This document shows positions 8,593-18,829 of a stretch of 64,000 bases of DNA, in pieces (positions within the stretch are counted from its first letter, which is position 1; each line of letters begins with the position of its first letter). The notes beneath the pieces are model-generated. The model saw only the letters and a list, made by a program, of their open reading frames with translations. It did not search any database and was not told the DNA's origin. Source of the stretch: an uncultured Clostridia bacterium (lineage in GTDB: Bacteria > Bacillota > Clostridia > TANB77 > CAG-508); assembly GCA_934153805.1 (NCBI GenBank), contig CAKPFO010000005.1, forward strand, positions 3,537-67,536. Direction: 5' to 3'. A program made the position numbers and the translations under genes.

Positions 8593-9672
8593 CTAATCTA
8601 AATCTAAATATTTTCTTAAGTCTACTCCTAGATTATTACCCCAATTTAATATTTGTTCATTTGTTGCGTCTGGAGTTATTTGTAAGGTAGCATATCGACC
8701 TGCTGGTGTTTTTACAGCTATTACATCATTAGCTAATTTTGTAACTGTATAACCACTATTGTCTGTAAAGTCCCCTGTACCTGTTGTCGTTTTCTTTGAA
8801 GATGATGAACTACCCGAGCTACTAGCTTTTTTTTTAGCAAGTGCAAATTCTTGTCTCCATTGGTCATCTTCTACTGCATCTCTTTCCTTCTGATAATTAA
8901 AGTTTCTATCGCTTATTAATTTGTTGTAATCGTAATTTGCAAAATTCATATAATTGTTTAGTGCATCTTGATATTTTTGATAAGCTAATTCATTTCCGTA
9001 TTTTTGTAATTCCAATTTAGCATTTTCTACATCAGCTAGCAATTCACTTTCTTTTATTGAATATTGTAAATTAGACTCATTTAATTGCTTATTTATATCA
9101 TTTATTGAATTATCTCTATTTGTTTGCAATGTAGCGAGATTGTTTCCATATGCATTTTCTACATTAGCATATGCACTCCCTACTAATCCACTTGTGTTTA
9201 AACCTGCTTGTGATAACTGTTGTTCTACACTTTTCTTTCCTAACATAGAATTTATATAAGCTTGTCTTGCATTATCATTATATGTTTGCATTACATTATC
9301 CTTTTGTGAATTGATTTGATTAGCTGACAATTCTTTTTTTTGTTGAAGAGCTTGTTTTTGTTGTTCTGCTATTTTTTCATACTGAGCAAGTAATGCTTGG
9401 GTATCATTTCCAGTATTTGCAGTTGCATTTTTAGCATATTCTTCTGCTAATTGTTGAGTTGTTTGAGTAGGTGTAGTATTAGTCTGTTGTACTGGAGCTG
9501 TTGTCTGTGTTGCTTGAGCAGTTTGACCTGGTAAATTTAAACTTTTTCCTGCATAAATTCTATTAGCATTTGTTATATATGGGTTCAACCCCATTAATGT
9601 ATTTACATCTGTATTATATCTTTTAGCAATACCACTTAATGTATCTCCACTTTGTATTGTGTATGTTGACAT
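8593..9672 (-). CDS. LysM-domain protein with Q/T-rich linker and coiled coil
   Basis: N-terminal LysM signature [30 protein letters not shown]...GKSLNLPG, followed by a long coiled-coil region and a poly-Ser tract. Confidence 0.7.
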   Translation of the reverse strand: MSTYTIQSGDTLSGIAKRYNTDVNTLMGLNPYITNANRIYAGKSLNLPGQTAQATQTTAPVQQTNTTPTQTTQQLAEEYAKNATANTGNDTQALLAQYEKIAEQQKQALQQKKELSANQINSQKDNVMQTYNDNARQAYINSMLGKKSVEQQLSQAGLNTSGLVGSAYANVENAYGNNLATLQTNRDNSINDINKQLNESNLQYSIKESELLADVENAKLELQKYGNELAYQKYQDALNNYMNFANYDYNKLISDRNFNYQKERDAVEDDQWRQEFALAKKKASSSGSSSSSKKTTTGTGDFTDNSGYTVTKLANDVIAVKTPAGRYATLQITPDATNEQILNWGNNLGVDLRKYLDLD

Positions 9673-9697
9673 ATTTTCCCTCCTATAAAAAATTAAA

Positions 9698-9715
9698 GGC
9701 AGATTTTACTCTGCC
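9698..9715 (-). terminator. hairpin between the endolysin and LysM genes
   Basis: Stem GGCAGA/TCTGCC with T-rich flanks on both strands. Confidence 0.4.
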
Positions 9716-9721
9716 CTTTTA

Positions 9722-10474
9722 TTATCTTAATTTTCTATTTACTATACTTTGAATAGCATTATAATCATATCCTGCTACAGCTAATTTTTCTTTTCTTGAT
9801 GGATTGTTCCCCCATTTCCCTGCGATTACTTCGTCTGCTATTTCTTCGTTTGATTTTTTATTTGAAGTTTCTTTCTTACCTAGTAAAATTTCATTTACTT
9901 TAGCTTGCACTTCATTATATAGAGAACCTAAAGCTTGTTTTCTTGCTTCTCCTACGCCATATTTTCCTGCTATAACTTCATTCGCTAAATCTACTATTGA
10001 TTTTGTTGTTTGAGGTTCTTTATCTTCAATATTTTCAACTGCGTTAACGATTTCACTTAACGGGAAATTCGTTCCAGGACAACTTGTAGCTAAAATTTCT
10101 CTATGACCTCTTATCCATTTTATATTATGTCTTGATTTAATGTCTTTTATTAAATCAATTATAGCTTGTTTTTGTACCTCTGACATTGATTCTTCATTAA
10201 AGTTACCTTCTGCACAAATTCCTATACTTGTACTATTTACACTAGGACAATGAGCTCCTGCCATATTCTCTGGTCTTCCTCTATATACAGAACCATCTTT
10301 TCTTACATAGTAGTGATATCCTATGCCTGCCCAGCCTTTATTTTTATGATAATTGTGTATCGTTTCAACACTTTGTAGTACAGTTACTCCACTATTATGA
10401 AGAACAATTCCTTCAACTTCTTGCATTTTATTATAATTACTATTAAATTGTAAATTTGTTTCTATTATATTCAT
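9722..10474 (-). CDS. endolysin: N-acetylmuramoyl-L-alanine amidase (Amidase_2/PGRP type) with two CW_7-like repeats
   Basis: Motifs GIVLHNSG, GYHYYV and SCPG are present. The C-terminal repeats are EVIAGKYGVGEARKQAL and EVIAGKWGNNPSRKEKL. It lies directly downstream of the holin. Confidence 0.85.
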   Translation of the reverse strand: MNIIETNLQFNSNYNKMQEVEGIVLHNSGVTVLQSVETIHNYHKNKGWAGIGYHYYVRKDGSVYRGRPENMAGAHCPSVNSTSIGICAEGNFNEESMSEVQKQAIIDLIKDIKSRHNIKWIRGHREILATSCPGTNFPLSEIVNAVENIEDKEPQTTKSIVDLANEVIAGKYGVGEARKQALGSLYNEVQAKVNEILLGKKETSNKKSNEEIADEVIAGKWGNNPSRKEKLAVAGYDYNAIQSIVNRKLR

Positions 10475-10684
10475 TTATTTATCCTCCTTATTATAGTTAT
10501 AATTTGAAATACCTAAACAAGTACCTAAAAATGCGTTAAATGCTGTCGCGATTGTTAGCACAATTTTTGTATAAGGTATATTGCATGTATTTCCTATTAC
10601 TCCGTAAAAAGTTATTAATGCTGGTAAAAATATTAATGTTATCCATTTTAATATATCATACATTTTATTTGACATATCTATCAC
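10475..10684 (-). CDS. holin (phi LC3-like family)
   Basis: 69 aa with two TM segments and the pattern MYDILKWITLIFLPALITFYGVIG. It sits immediately upstream of the endolysin. Confidence 0.75.
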   Translation of the reverse strand: MIDMSNKMYDILKWITLIFLPALITFYGVIGNTCNIPYTKIVLTIATAFNAFLGTCLGISNYNYNKEDK

Positions 10685-11013
10685 TTCCTTTCCTTTAAAA
10701 TAATTAAATCTTCATGTATCTCTTGAAAACCTTTAATTGCTCTTTCATCATGCTGTTTAAATTCACTATTTGTATTATCCATGCTCGTTTTTAACAGATT
10801 TAAACTTTCTGCTATATTTCTGTTAGATGCTGATAGCTCACTTAACAATTTATTGTTAGCTTCCTTTTCTTCTTTTCTCTCTTGTCTTGCTTGCTCTTCT
10901 TTCTCTTTTCTATCTTTTCTGTCATAAAAAAGAAACACAATAAAAAGAACTGCCATTACAACAGTTCCTCCATTATTTAGCAATATATCTATAACATTAT
11001 TTGTTTCTTCCAT
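10681..11013 (-). CDS. single-TM coiled-coil protein in the lysis cassette
   Basis: 110 aa with an N-terminal TM segment (GGTVVMAVLFIVFLF) and a K/E-rich coiled coil. It overlaps both neighbouring genes. Confidence 0.5.
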   Translation of the reverse strand: MEETNNVIDILLNNGGTVVMAVLFIVFLFYDRKDRKEKEEQARQERKEEKEANNKLLSELSASNRNIAESLNLLKTSMDNTNSEFKQHDERAIKGFQEIHEDLIILKERK

Positions 11014-11354
11014 TAAATATCCTCCGCCTCTTTATATGTTTCTGTAATCTTTAAATATTCATACGCACTTTCTATTGTCATATTTTCATCATAAGGTATA
11101 TTAATATAATCTGTATCTATGAATACGTTTATTCCATTATTTAAAAGCTCTTGTTCTTCTTCTGTAAGTTCTTCATTATTAGCAGATTTTTTTTGTACTA
11201 ATTGATATTGTTGTTCTTTATTTCTTTGAGCTTCATTAGTATAAGAACTTACTTCTATTGTATTAACTATATTAGTTATTTTATTTAAACTTGTTATTCT
11301 ATGATAATTTAGAACAACTCCATTTTCTAATTCTATTTGTTTTTGTAATGCCAT
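11013..11354 (-). CDS. hypothetical phage protein
   Basis: 113-aa ORF between the fibre and lysis genes. Confidence 0.5.
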   Translation of the reverse strand: MALQKQIELENGVVLNYHRITSLNKITNIVNTIEVSSYTNEAQRNKEQQYQLVQKKSANNEELTEEEQELLNNGINVFIDTDYINIPYDENMTIESAYEYLKITETYKEAEDI

Positions 11355-11367
11355 AATAATCCCCTTT

Positions 11368-13312
11368 CTATCTGTAACCTAGAACTTTATATACTTTGAA
11401 TGTTGTTGAATGATTAGCATTTAGATAATATACTCCTGTATATCCTCTAGTTATTGATTTTCCTGAAAGTTTTAATTGAAGAAAATTAATATATAAAGTA
11501 TCAGAACACTGCGATATTGTCGCCCAACATTCGCTGTCAGAAGCTCTGGTTTTAATTGTTCCAAGGTCAGTATATATTTCTAAATAATCAAAATTGTTTT
11601 TACTTTTAGTTAAAGTAATTGTTCCTGTTGCACCAGACGAATTATCGTATAAAGTTTCATATGTAGGAATTTGCCCCCAATCAGACCAATTGTTTGTGTT
11701 GTCTCTTAAACTTCTATAAAAAATTTTCCCTCTTTGAGAAGTTCCCGTCCAACCTAAACATAGTTGAGACCCACCATTCCCATTTACATTTAAAATATTT
11801 CCAAATTGTGAAGGATAGCCATTATTATAAGCTGTTTGCATTGTAATTCCGCTGTCCAGCATTATTTCTTCCAGTCTCAGCAGTAATGTTTCCTCTATTT
11901 GCTGTACGGCTTGCTATATCTGCTGTTCCTTCTAAGCCTCCTATAAATTTATTAGATTTTAACCTTCCATTAACATTAATGGTGTTCTTTCCTATGTCTA
12001 TAATAGGAAGTCCTTGAGTTACTATCTTTATATTGCTTTCAGTCATTAGCTTGTCTGCTACTACAAATTCAAACTCATATTCTTGTTGAAAATCAAAGTC
12101 TGTTCCTAATGTTGCGGTATATGTAAAACTATTTTGATTTATAGTTGTAGTTACTGTATTGTAATTGTTCCATGTTCCGCCAGCTAGTCTATATCGCCAT
12201 TTTAATGTCAATGTATTAGTTTCTTTCCCAAAGGAATTATTAAAATAGTTTCCCTTTACTGTTGCATTTATTGTATTTGATGTCGTTGAAGTTCTAGCAA
12301 GTGTTATTTCTGTAAATGCTAATTTTATATATTCTATAAGTGTTTTATTTATAATTATATTAGTCGATAAGTTTCTACTATCTATCGTGGAAATAGTAAA
12401 ATTTCCACTTTCTATTGAATTTAATGTAGCTGTTGCAGATGTACTTGATTTTCCATCTCCACATACTACCTTTTGGCTTTTAATTGTTGCATTATTTTTA
12501 GCAGTAGCTGTAATCACTACTTTTGCATTAGAAAAATACTTAACTAATTTGTTTTTGTCTCCAGTTAATGCAATTGTTGTCGCATTTGTATCTTCTACTG
12601 TTGCAGATACTGTCGGATTACTGTTGATTACAAATGCATTAAATGTACATGTCTTTGTTCCAATTAAAGTATCTCCGTTATAAGTTTCGCAACTGATTGT
12701 TCCTTGACCAATTGTTGTATTTGGAATTTGAGAATAAAAAGAAGTTGGAATTGACCAACCTATACTTGTATCGCTTGTTTTATTCGTTATTGTTCCATTT
12801 AAACTACCAAAAGAGTACTTTAAAGTATGTGTAAAACTTGAACTTGCTCTATTAATATTAATTGTTGTTGAACTTCCTATATTTCCATCTGCGCAGGTTA
12901 CACTAGATGCACGAGGTATTGTTGTTAATGTCATTGTTCCATTTGCACTACCACTATAAGGTCCCCATCCATTACCTTGTGCTAAATCTGGTGAGTTTGC
13001 ACTTACACTTACATTTTTGCTTCCATCCGCGTTATGCGTAACTGTTTTACTTGCTGAACCCAAAGTAACAGTATTATATCCACCTAATTTATAAGCTCCT
13101 GTAGTTATAGTATATTCTGTACCATCTATAGTTATCGTATGTGTGGCACTAACACTTCTTGATGCCAACGTTCCACTATAATTTGTATATATCTTTAATG
13201 TTGCTGTAACTACAGAAGTGTTATTCGCTACGTCAACATTACTTTCAGTTACATCTATATAATATTTATAGTACGATGCTTTATTACTTACACTTCCTAC
13301 AAATTCTGCCAT
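11368..13312 (-). CDS. tail fibre / receptor-binding protein; one product only if a +1 shift occurs at CGG 11851-11849
   Basis: ORFs 11825..13312 and 11368..11862 overlap. Skipping C11851 joins ...ETGRNNAGQ to GITMQTAYNNGYPSQFGNILNVNG.... The body is S/T/N-rich and beta-type. Confidence 0.6.
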
Positions 13313-13313
13313 T

Positions 13314-14282
13314 TTATCCTCCTATCCAGTGAATATGAGTTCTTTTTTCACTGCCAGTTGCTCCTTTTATTATTTTTAGAAATCCTAACTCTACCTCTCC
13401 TGTTGCTTTAAAGTTTTCTGTTTCTACTCCATCTTTATCGTATTTAGCTATTTGTTTTCCATATGCATACATATATGTACCTGTGTTATTCATTGTAGTA
13501 GAAAACTCACTATCAGATTTACCAACAGTAACACCATTATCATTTATATCTACCGTTGTATTCTTTACTGTTTTTACTCCATTGTTATTAATTTCATCTA
13601 TTTGTACCTGTAACCCTTTAGCTGTTGTAGTTACTGTAGTTTGTTGTTGCTTTATTAGTTCTAGGTCATCTTTAATTGTCTGGTTTTCTGCTTCTACTTG
13701 TTCAGCAGTCAAATAATTGTTGTTTAATCTTGTTGTAGTTTCAGTTACTTGAGCAGTAATTTGACCTAGATTAGTTGAAATATCAACTGTTCTCTCTGTT
13801 ACTTCATTTATACTATTGTCTATTTCTTCTTTTACTCCGTCTACATATTCGATAGTGCTATAAGATACTTTTTTCTTCCAATCACTCTCTTCATAGCCTT
13901 TTCTTCCTACTGTAGTAACTAATATTTCGCCTTTTTTACCTTCTGGGTGGTCGTCATCAGATTGTAAAATCCACATATCACCAGCATTATAGTTCTCAGG
14001 TTTTGTTAAGTAAGTTTTATTTTTGCTTTCTGCTTCTTGTTTTGCTCCACTTTCAGTTGTCCAATCACTATCTGTATATGTTCCTATTTGCCTGCTAGAG
14101 ATACATGTATATATGATATTTCCATCTATCCATGTGTCTCCAGCGTTGTATGGTGGTTGTGGCTTACTTGAATAATGTTTGCTTATATTTTCAGGAATTT
14201 TTATATTAGATTGTGCTTCTTCTAGTTTTTTATTTAAATATCCAAGATTCACTAAATCTTCATCATATTTTGGTTCTGACAT
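13314..14282 (-). CDS. tail-associated structural protein with a duplicated YNAGD(T/M)WI motif and a coiled coil
   Basis: The likely start is MSEPKYDED (ATG 14282) after AAAGGAG. Assigned by position in the tail/fibre module. Confidence 0.55.
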   Translation of the reverse strand: MSEPKYDEDLVNLGYLNKKLEEAQSNIKIPENISKHYSSKPQPPYNAGDTWIDGNIIYTCISSRQIGTYTDSDWTTESGAKQEAESKNKTYLTKPENYNAGDMWILQSDDDHPEGKKGEILVTTVGRKGYEESDWKKKVSYSTIEYVDGVKEEIDNSINEVTERTVDISTNLGQITAQVTETTTRLNNNYLTAEQVEAENQTIKDDLELIKQQQTTVTTTAKGLQVQIDEINNNGVKTVKNTTVDINDNGVTVGKSDSEFSTTMNNTGTYMYAYGKQIAKYDKDGVETENFKATGEVELGFLKIIKGATGSEKRTHIHWIGG

Positions 14283-14283
14283 A

Positions 14284-16119
14284 TTAATCTCCTTTATAAT
14301 AGCTTCCTTTTGTGTATACAATACTCACTGAATTAAAGTTCATATTAGAAGCTTCATCATTTTCTATGTACAAAGAAAAGAAAGAAAGCTTTTTTGCTTT
14401 CTTTCTTGATATTGTTGTCTTTGGATATATAGAATTAATATATTCTTTGGCTAGTACTTGCTTATTTCCACCTTTTAATCTATAGCCTACTATCAATTTT
14501 GAATTTGTTGGATTGCTAGTTATTGCCACCCTCTTTATGTTCTTTTTATATACAGGGCTATTTAAATCTAACACTACAGAGTTCCATTCCGCTTTTACTA
14601 TCGTTGTATTGTCCATAAAACGATTTACATCATCATCTTCTCTAAATGTGCAAATATTCCCATACTTATCGCCAAAATATAATCTATTATTCCATACAAA
14701 CCATATTTTTACTGGCAAATTAGTCCAAAAAAACCATTCATATTGATAATTGCTATATTTAGAATTGTTAGAATTACTTTTAAACCTGCTATCTGCTACA
14801 TAAACATGGTCATTTATTGCTAAATAGTATTTACCGTCATTGCATATTCCTACTGCATCTTTTAAATTAGTTTCTTGTTTTAATTTATTATCAATATAAT
14901 AGCTTCTATGATATACATATCTTTCGTCTGTTAATGTTGCTGTATTTAATGCAAATACTCCATTATTTGTTAAAATTAAAGGTTCATTTATTAACATATC
15001 ATGTGCATATTGTGAAATATTTCCTTCTCCTTTTGAGCTTCCTTCTATTGGAAATGCTTCTTTTCCATTAAAAGTTGCATAACCTATATAAAAAATAGTA
15101 CTATCTGTATCAGAGACATCTTTTAGAACTGCTAGTTTTCCATCATTTAATCTTATCATTCCTGTTATTGGTATAGTTTCTAATCCAGCCTTTATTACAT
15201 TCTCTACTGGTATATAAGTTATATCATCTATATACGAAAAATTTACGATATTAGGATAATCTACATTACCTGTTAAAAATGCTCTATTGTTATTTCCTGC
15301 ATATCCATAAGCATACATCATTGTACATTTATTTATTTGTGATTTATTTTCATCATTATTCTTTTTAAATTTAATTCTTACATTATCTCTTCCATCTACT
15401 GGTGATTTACCTATTGCAATCAAAAACTTAACTTGTCCTTTTTCTAAATCAACCGTGTAATCGTCATTCTTTGTTTTTGTTACCCATTCTGCATTTTCAT
15501 TTAAAGTCTCTACTAATTCTACTTCATTTATATTATTTTCGTCTAATTGATATATTTTATCTGTTTCCGTACTTGTAAACAAATTGTATCTACTTGCTTG
15601 TAATAAGTTTACACTTTCATACGGCTGGCTTGCTAATCCTGATGGGCTTCTTGCTATCTGTGTTGTAGGAATATATCCTATAGTATCTAGATAATGAACT
15701 CTATTTTCATTTTCTAATAAATCATATACTATTGCTCTCTTTCCATCTAATATTAACAATTTCGAATTGATAACTAATCCTTTTGATTTATTATCTGCAA
15801 GCCCTGTAAGAACTTCTTCATAACTACTAAAATCTGTTTTCATTTCATATAGCTTAGTTCCACAATGTACAATAAAACACTCTCCATTTATAGTATCTAC
15901 GTTCCATATGCCATTAATATTTGCCTTTTGTCCTAAATAAGCTAATACTTTATATCCATTTCTTTTTTCTATAGTTCCATTATTGTTTATAAAATTATAA
16001 CCTTTCGGACTTCTTCTTCTATCTATGTCTGTTATAGATGAAGAAAAATCTACTCCTAAAAATCCACTCAAAATTATTTCATAAGTTGTTGGAGATGAAG
16101 GAACATTAAAACTTGCCAT
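14284..16119 (-). CDS. 611-aa virion (tail or adaptor) structural protein
   Basis: Large ORF between the head-completion and fibre genes. Function is inferred from position only. Confidence 0.5.
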   Translation of the reverse strand: MASFNVPSSPTTYEIILSGFLGVDFSSSITDIDRRRSPKGYNFINNNGTIEKRNGYKVLAYLGQKANINGIWNVDTINGECFIVHCGTKLYEMKTDFSSYEEVLTGLADNKSKGLVINSKLLILDGKRAIVYDLLENENRVHYLDTIGYIPTTQIARSPSGLASQPYESVNLLQASRYNLFTSTETDKIYQLDENNINEVELVETLNENAEWVTKTKNDDYTVDLEKGQVKFLIAIGKSPVDGRDNVRIKFKKNNDENKSQINKCTMMYAYGYAGNNNRAFLTGNVDYPNIVNFSYIDDITYIPVENVIKAGLETIPITGMIRLNDGKLAVLKDVSDTDSTIFYIGYATFNGKEAFPIEGSSKGEGNISQYAHDMLINEPLILTNNGVFALNTATLTDERYVYHRSYYIDNKLKQETNLKDAVGICNDGKYYLAINDHVYVADSRFKSNSNNSKYSNYQYEWFFWTNLPVKIWFVWNNRLYFGDKYGNICTFREDDDVNRFMDNTTIVKAEWNSVVLDLNSPVYKKNIKRVAITSNPTNSKLIVGYRLKGGNKQVLAKEYINSIYPKTTISRKKAKKLSFFSLYIENDEASNMNFNSVSIVYTKGSYYKGD

Positions 16120-16121
16120 AA

Positions 16122-16553
16122 TTAAAATACCTCTTCTATACTTTCTTGATTTTCTATATTAAAATATAGGTCTTGCAATCCTATTTCAAATTCATTTCTG
16201 TATGCTGTAGCTTGTGATATATCATCGTCTTTATATAATTGACTTGCTATATAAAGTGGAATTAATACACATGCATCTGCTGGTAATGTCAATTCATATG
16301 TATCTTCTGTAGAATTGTCTATTTTATCAATTGTAGTTTTTTCGTATTGTCTTTTTTCTTCATTATATTTAAACATGTTCATTACATAAGGTTTTATTCT
16401 TTGTATTGCTTCATTTGCTACTGCTGGCATTGCATTTAAATACCATTTACAATCATCATCTTTTCTTAATTCTTCTAAATCATCTACAGTTGTAGGTTCA
16501 TCTTTTGCAAACATCTTTTGTAGTGATATTATTTGTATTTCTCCCCAAGTCAT
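16122..16553 (-). CDS. head completion / connector-type protein (by position)
   Basis: 143-aa ORF downstream of the capsid genes. Confidence 0.4.
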   Translation of the reverse strand: MTWGEIQIISLQKMFAKDEPTTVDDLEELRKDDDCKWYLNAMPAVANEAIQRIKPYVMNMFKYNEEKRQYEKTTIDKIDNSTEDTYELTLPADACVLIPLYIASQLYKDDDISQATAYRNEFEIGLQDLYFNIENQESIEEVF

Positions 16554-16625
16554 TTAAAATCTCCTTTCACTTTTGCTAGATTCGAACTAACTTATTCCTT
16601 TAAAGTGATATATTGAGCTAGTTTT

Positions 16626-16850
16626 TTATACTAGCCCTGCATTTTTTAGCTGTTCGTAAACAGGAATTGAAACTTCTGTTTCTTCTCCTCTTATTACTTT
16701 TGCATATTTATCATTAATTCCAACAATTACTTCTTTATCTTTTGGATTTAATGAATCAATTGGTATTCTTACTTTTACTTTCTTTTCTTCTATTTTTTTA
16801 GTTTCAGCTTTTGCTTCCACTTTCTTTTCTTCTACTTTATTAGTTGCCAT
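16626..16850 (-). CDS. small K/E-rich head-associated protein
   Basis: 74-aa ORF directly after the major capsid gene. Confidence 0.4.
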   Translation of the reverse strand: MATNKVEEKKVEAKAETKKIEEKKVKVRIPIDSLNPKDKEVIVGINDKYAKVIRGEETEVSIPVYEQLKNAGLV

Positions 16851-16871
16851 TTAAAACAACTCCTTTCTAAA

Positions 16872-16903
16872 AATATATTAAAAGAGGGGCAATTAAGCCC
16901 CTT
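16872..16903 (-). terminator. hairpin after the major capsid gene
   Basis: Stem GAGGGGC/GCCCCTT, followed on the minus strand by a T-rich tract. Confidence 0.45.
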
Positions 16904-16906
16904 AAA

Positions 16907-17872
16907 CTAGGCTTTTACACCTGTTTCAACTCTTACTAATGCCATTGGTTGAGTAATAACTGCTGTGAAACAGTTTTTCCAGCCTGCACTAGCTCTTTGA
17001 TTTAATGGGTCATCTGTACCAGCACTTCCGTTTGGTTTTACAATGATTTCTGGTTTACCAGCTCCACCTTCTAGGTCAATACAATCATAAGAGTCTTTTC
17101 CATAAGCATAAGCTATATGTACATCTATTTTTGTTCCTGCTGTTTCAGAACTATCAACAGTTGCAAGATTAGTTGTTTCAAAGAATTTCATTCCATGCAT
17201 TTTTCCTAATTCGCCTTTTACCATTTGTTCTGGTTTAGCATATTTTGAAACATCAACCCATGCACTATCGCTCATTAAATCATAAGCTATATCTGGGTCT
17301 ATTTGCATATGATAAAAACCGTCTGCAAATCTTTTAGCATTTGCATTTTTTAGTTTTCTTACAATTTTCTTAATGTCATCTGCAGTTAAGTTTTTTACTG
17401 TAGCAGATTCTAGCCCAGCTCTTGTTGTTGCTCCACCAGCAAAATATACGTTAGTTCCTTTAGATAATGCAGTTTGGATTCTATTATCTACAACAACTCC
17501 TGCTTCTTCTCCTAATAGTTCAGAAGCTTCTGTTAATACTGGGTCTATTCCAGTCATTTGTATTAAATCAGAAATTACTATGTAATCTCCTTCTTGTGCA
17601 ACTGTTGCTGTTACAGTTGTAATACTTAAATCATTTCCATCAGGTGTTTTACCTTCTGTTAATGATGCAGATGGTGCAGTTAATGAATTAAATTTTCTAA
17701 AATTCATTGTTCTTCCTGCATTTTTAGGTAATTTTTTCTTTCTTGCATCTTTATAGAAATTTAATTGTGGTAATAATCTTTCTAATAGAGTTCTTTCATA
17801 AAAAGTTTTATCCTCTGCTGATAATTGGTTTTGTCCTGAGACATTTGTTATAACTTGTGTTTTTGTAGCCAT
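16907..17872 (-). CDS. major capsid protein (HK97-fold type)
   Basis: 321 aa, directly downstream of the scaffold. The pattern ...NFRKFNSL...LTEGKTP... resembles the N4-gp56-like capsid family as I remember it. Confidence 0.7.
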   Translation of the reverse strand: MATKTQVITNVSGQNQLSAEDKTFYERTLLERLLPQLNFYKDARKKKLPKNAGRTMNFRKFNSLTAPSASLTEGKTPDGNDLSITTVTATVAQEGDYIVISDLIQMTGIDPVLTEASELLGEEAGVVVDNRIQTALSKGTNVYFAGGATTRAGLESATVKNLTADDIKKIVRKLKNANAKRFADGFYHMQIDPDIAYDLMSDSAWVDVSKYAKPEQMVKGELGKMHGMKFFETTNLATVDSSETAGTKIDVHIAYAYGKDSYDCIDLEGGAGKPEIIVKPNGSAGTDDPLNQRASAGWKNCFTAVITQPMALVRVETGVKA

Positions 17873-17930
17873 TTTACATTCCTCCTTTATTTTTTTATAG
17901 CGATAAAAAAATAGCTACTTCTTTAAGTAA

Positions 17931-18785
17931 CTATTTAAGTTCGCCATCTTTGGCTTTCTTTACATATTTTTCAAATTGTTCACTTGACATACTATTCCAG
18001 TCTATTTCTTGAGGTTCTGTTTCCTCGATAGCTCCTGGTGTAGTCGTGTTATTTGCTACAATTTGTTTAGCAGTTTCGACTGATTTCTTCTCATACTTGC
18101 TTATCAATTTTTGATAATCTTCGTAAATTTGTGCAAGTGGAACCTTTCCTATTTTCCCATTTGCAAACAAATTAAAATCTTCGTCTTTGCTAAGTTCTTG
18201 TAACTTTTCTGCAGAATATCTATCTACAAAATCTCTAGTATCATCTTGATACCATTTGTCTTGTTTTGATTTTTCTTCTGCCTTTACTTTCTCTTCGGCT
18301 TCTTTTCTAGCCCTATCTTTTTGTAATTCTCTGTAATCATTTACAGGGTCTTTACCTTGTCTATCTAACTCAAACATGTCAAGGTATTCTTGTACATCAT
18401 AATCATCTTCAATACTCTTTCCTGTATAAGGATTTTGTTTTCCAATGTAACTTTGTACTTTTCCTTGTTCTAGTCCTTGCTTATACGCTTCTTCTCTAAC
18501 TTTCTCAATTTGCTTTTGAGCTTCTTCTTGAGCTTTTCTTCGAATATTTGCATATTTTGCATTTTCTTCGTTAGATTGTTTTTCTGTCTGTTGTTCCTCT
18601 TGTTTTTCTTCCACTTCTTCTACCTTTTCATCTTGTTCCTGTTCTTCATGTTCTGTAGTTTCTGTTTCAGTAACAGTACTTTCAACTGTTTCTTCTTGTT
18701 CAGCGACTTCAAGATTGTTTGCGCTTTCGTTTACTTCTTCTTCCATAAGTTTTCCTTTCTGTTTTGAGATTTTTGCGCTATTCAC
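17931..18785 (-). CDS. scaffolding protein
   Basis: Highly acidic and coiled-coil, 284 aa, between the portal and capsid genes. It contains GKQNPYTGKSIEDDYDVQEYL. Confidence 0.65.
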   Translation of the reverse strand: MNSAKISKQKGKLMEEEVNESANNLEVAEQEETVESTVTETETTEHEEQEQDEKVEEVEEKQEEQQTEKQSNEENAKYANIRRKAQEEAQKQIEKVREEAYKQGLEQGKVQSYIGKQNPYTGKSIEDDYDVQEYLDMFELDRQGKDPVNDYRELQKDRARKEAEEKVKAEEKSKQDKWYQDDTRDFVDRYSAEKLQELSKDEDFNLFANGKIGKVPLAQIYEDYQKLISKYEKKSVETAKQIVANNTTTPGAIEETEPQEIDWNSMSSEQFEKYVKKAKDGELK

Positions 18786-18829
18786 TGCGAATTTTTATAT
18801 AAAAAAATAACTCTATAAAGAGCTACTGT

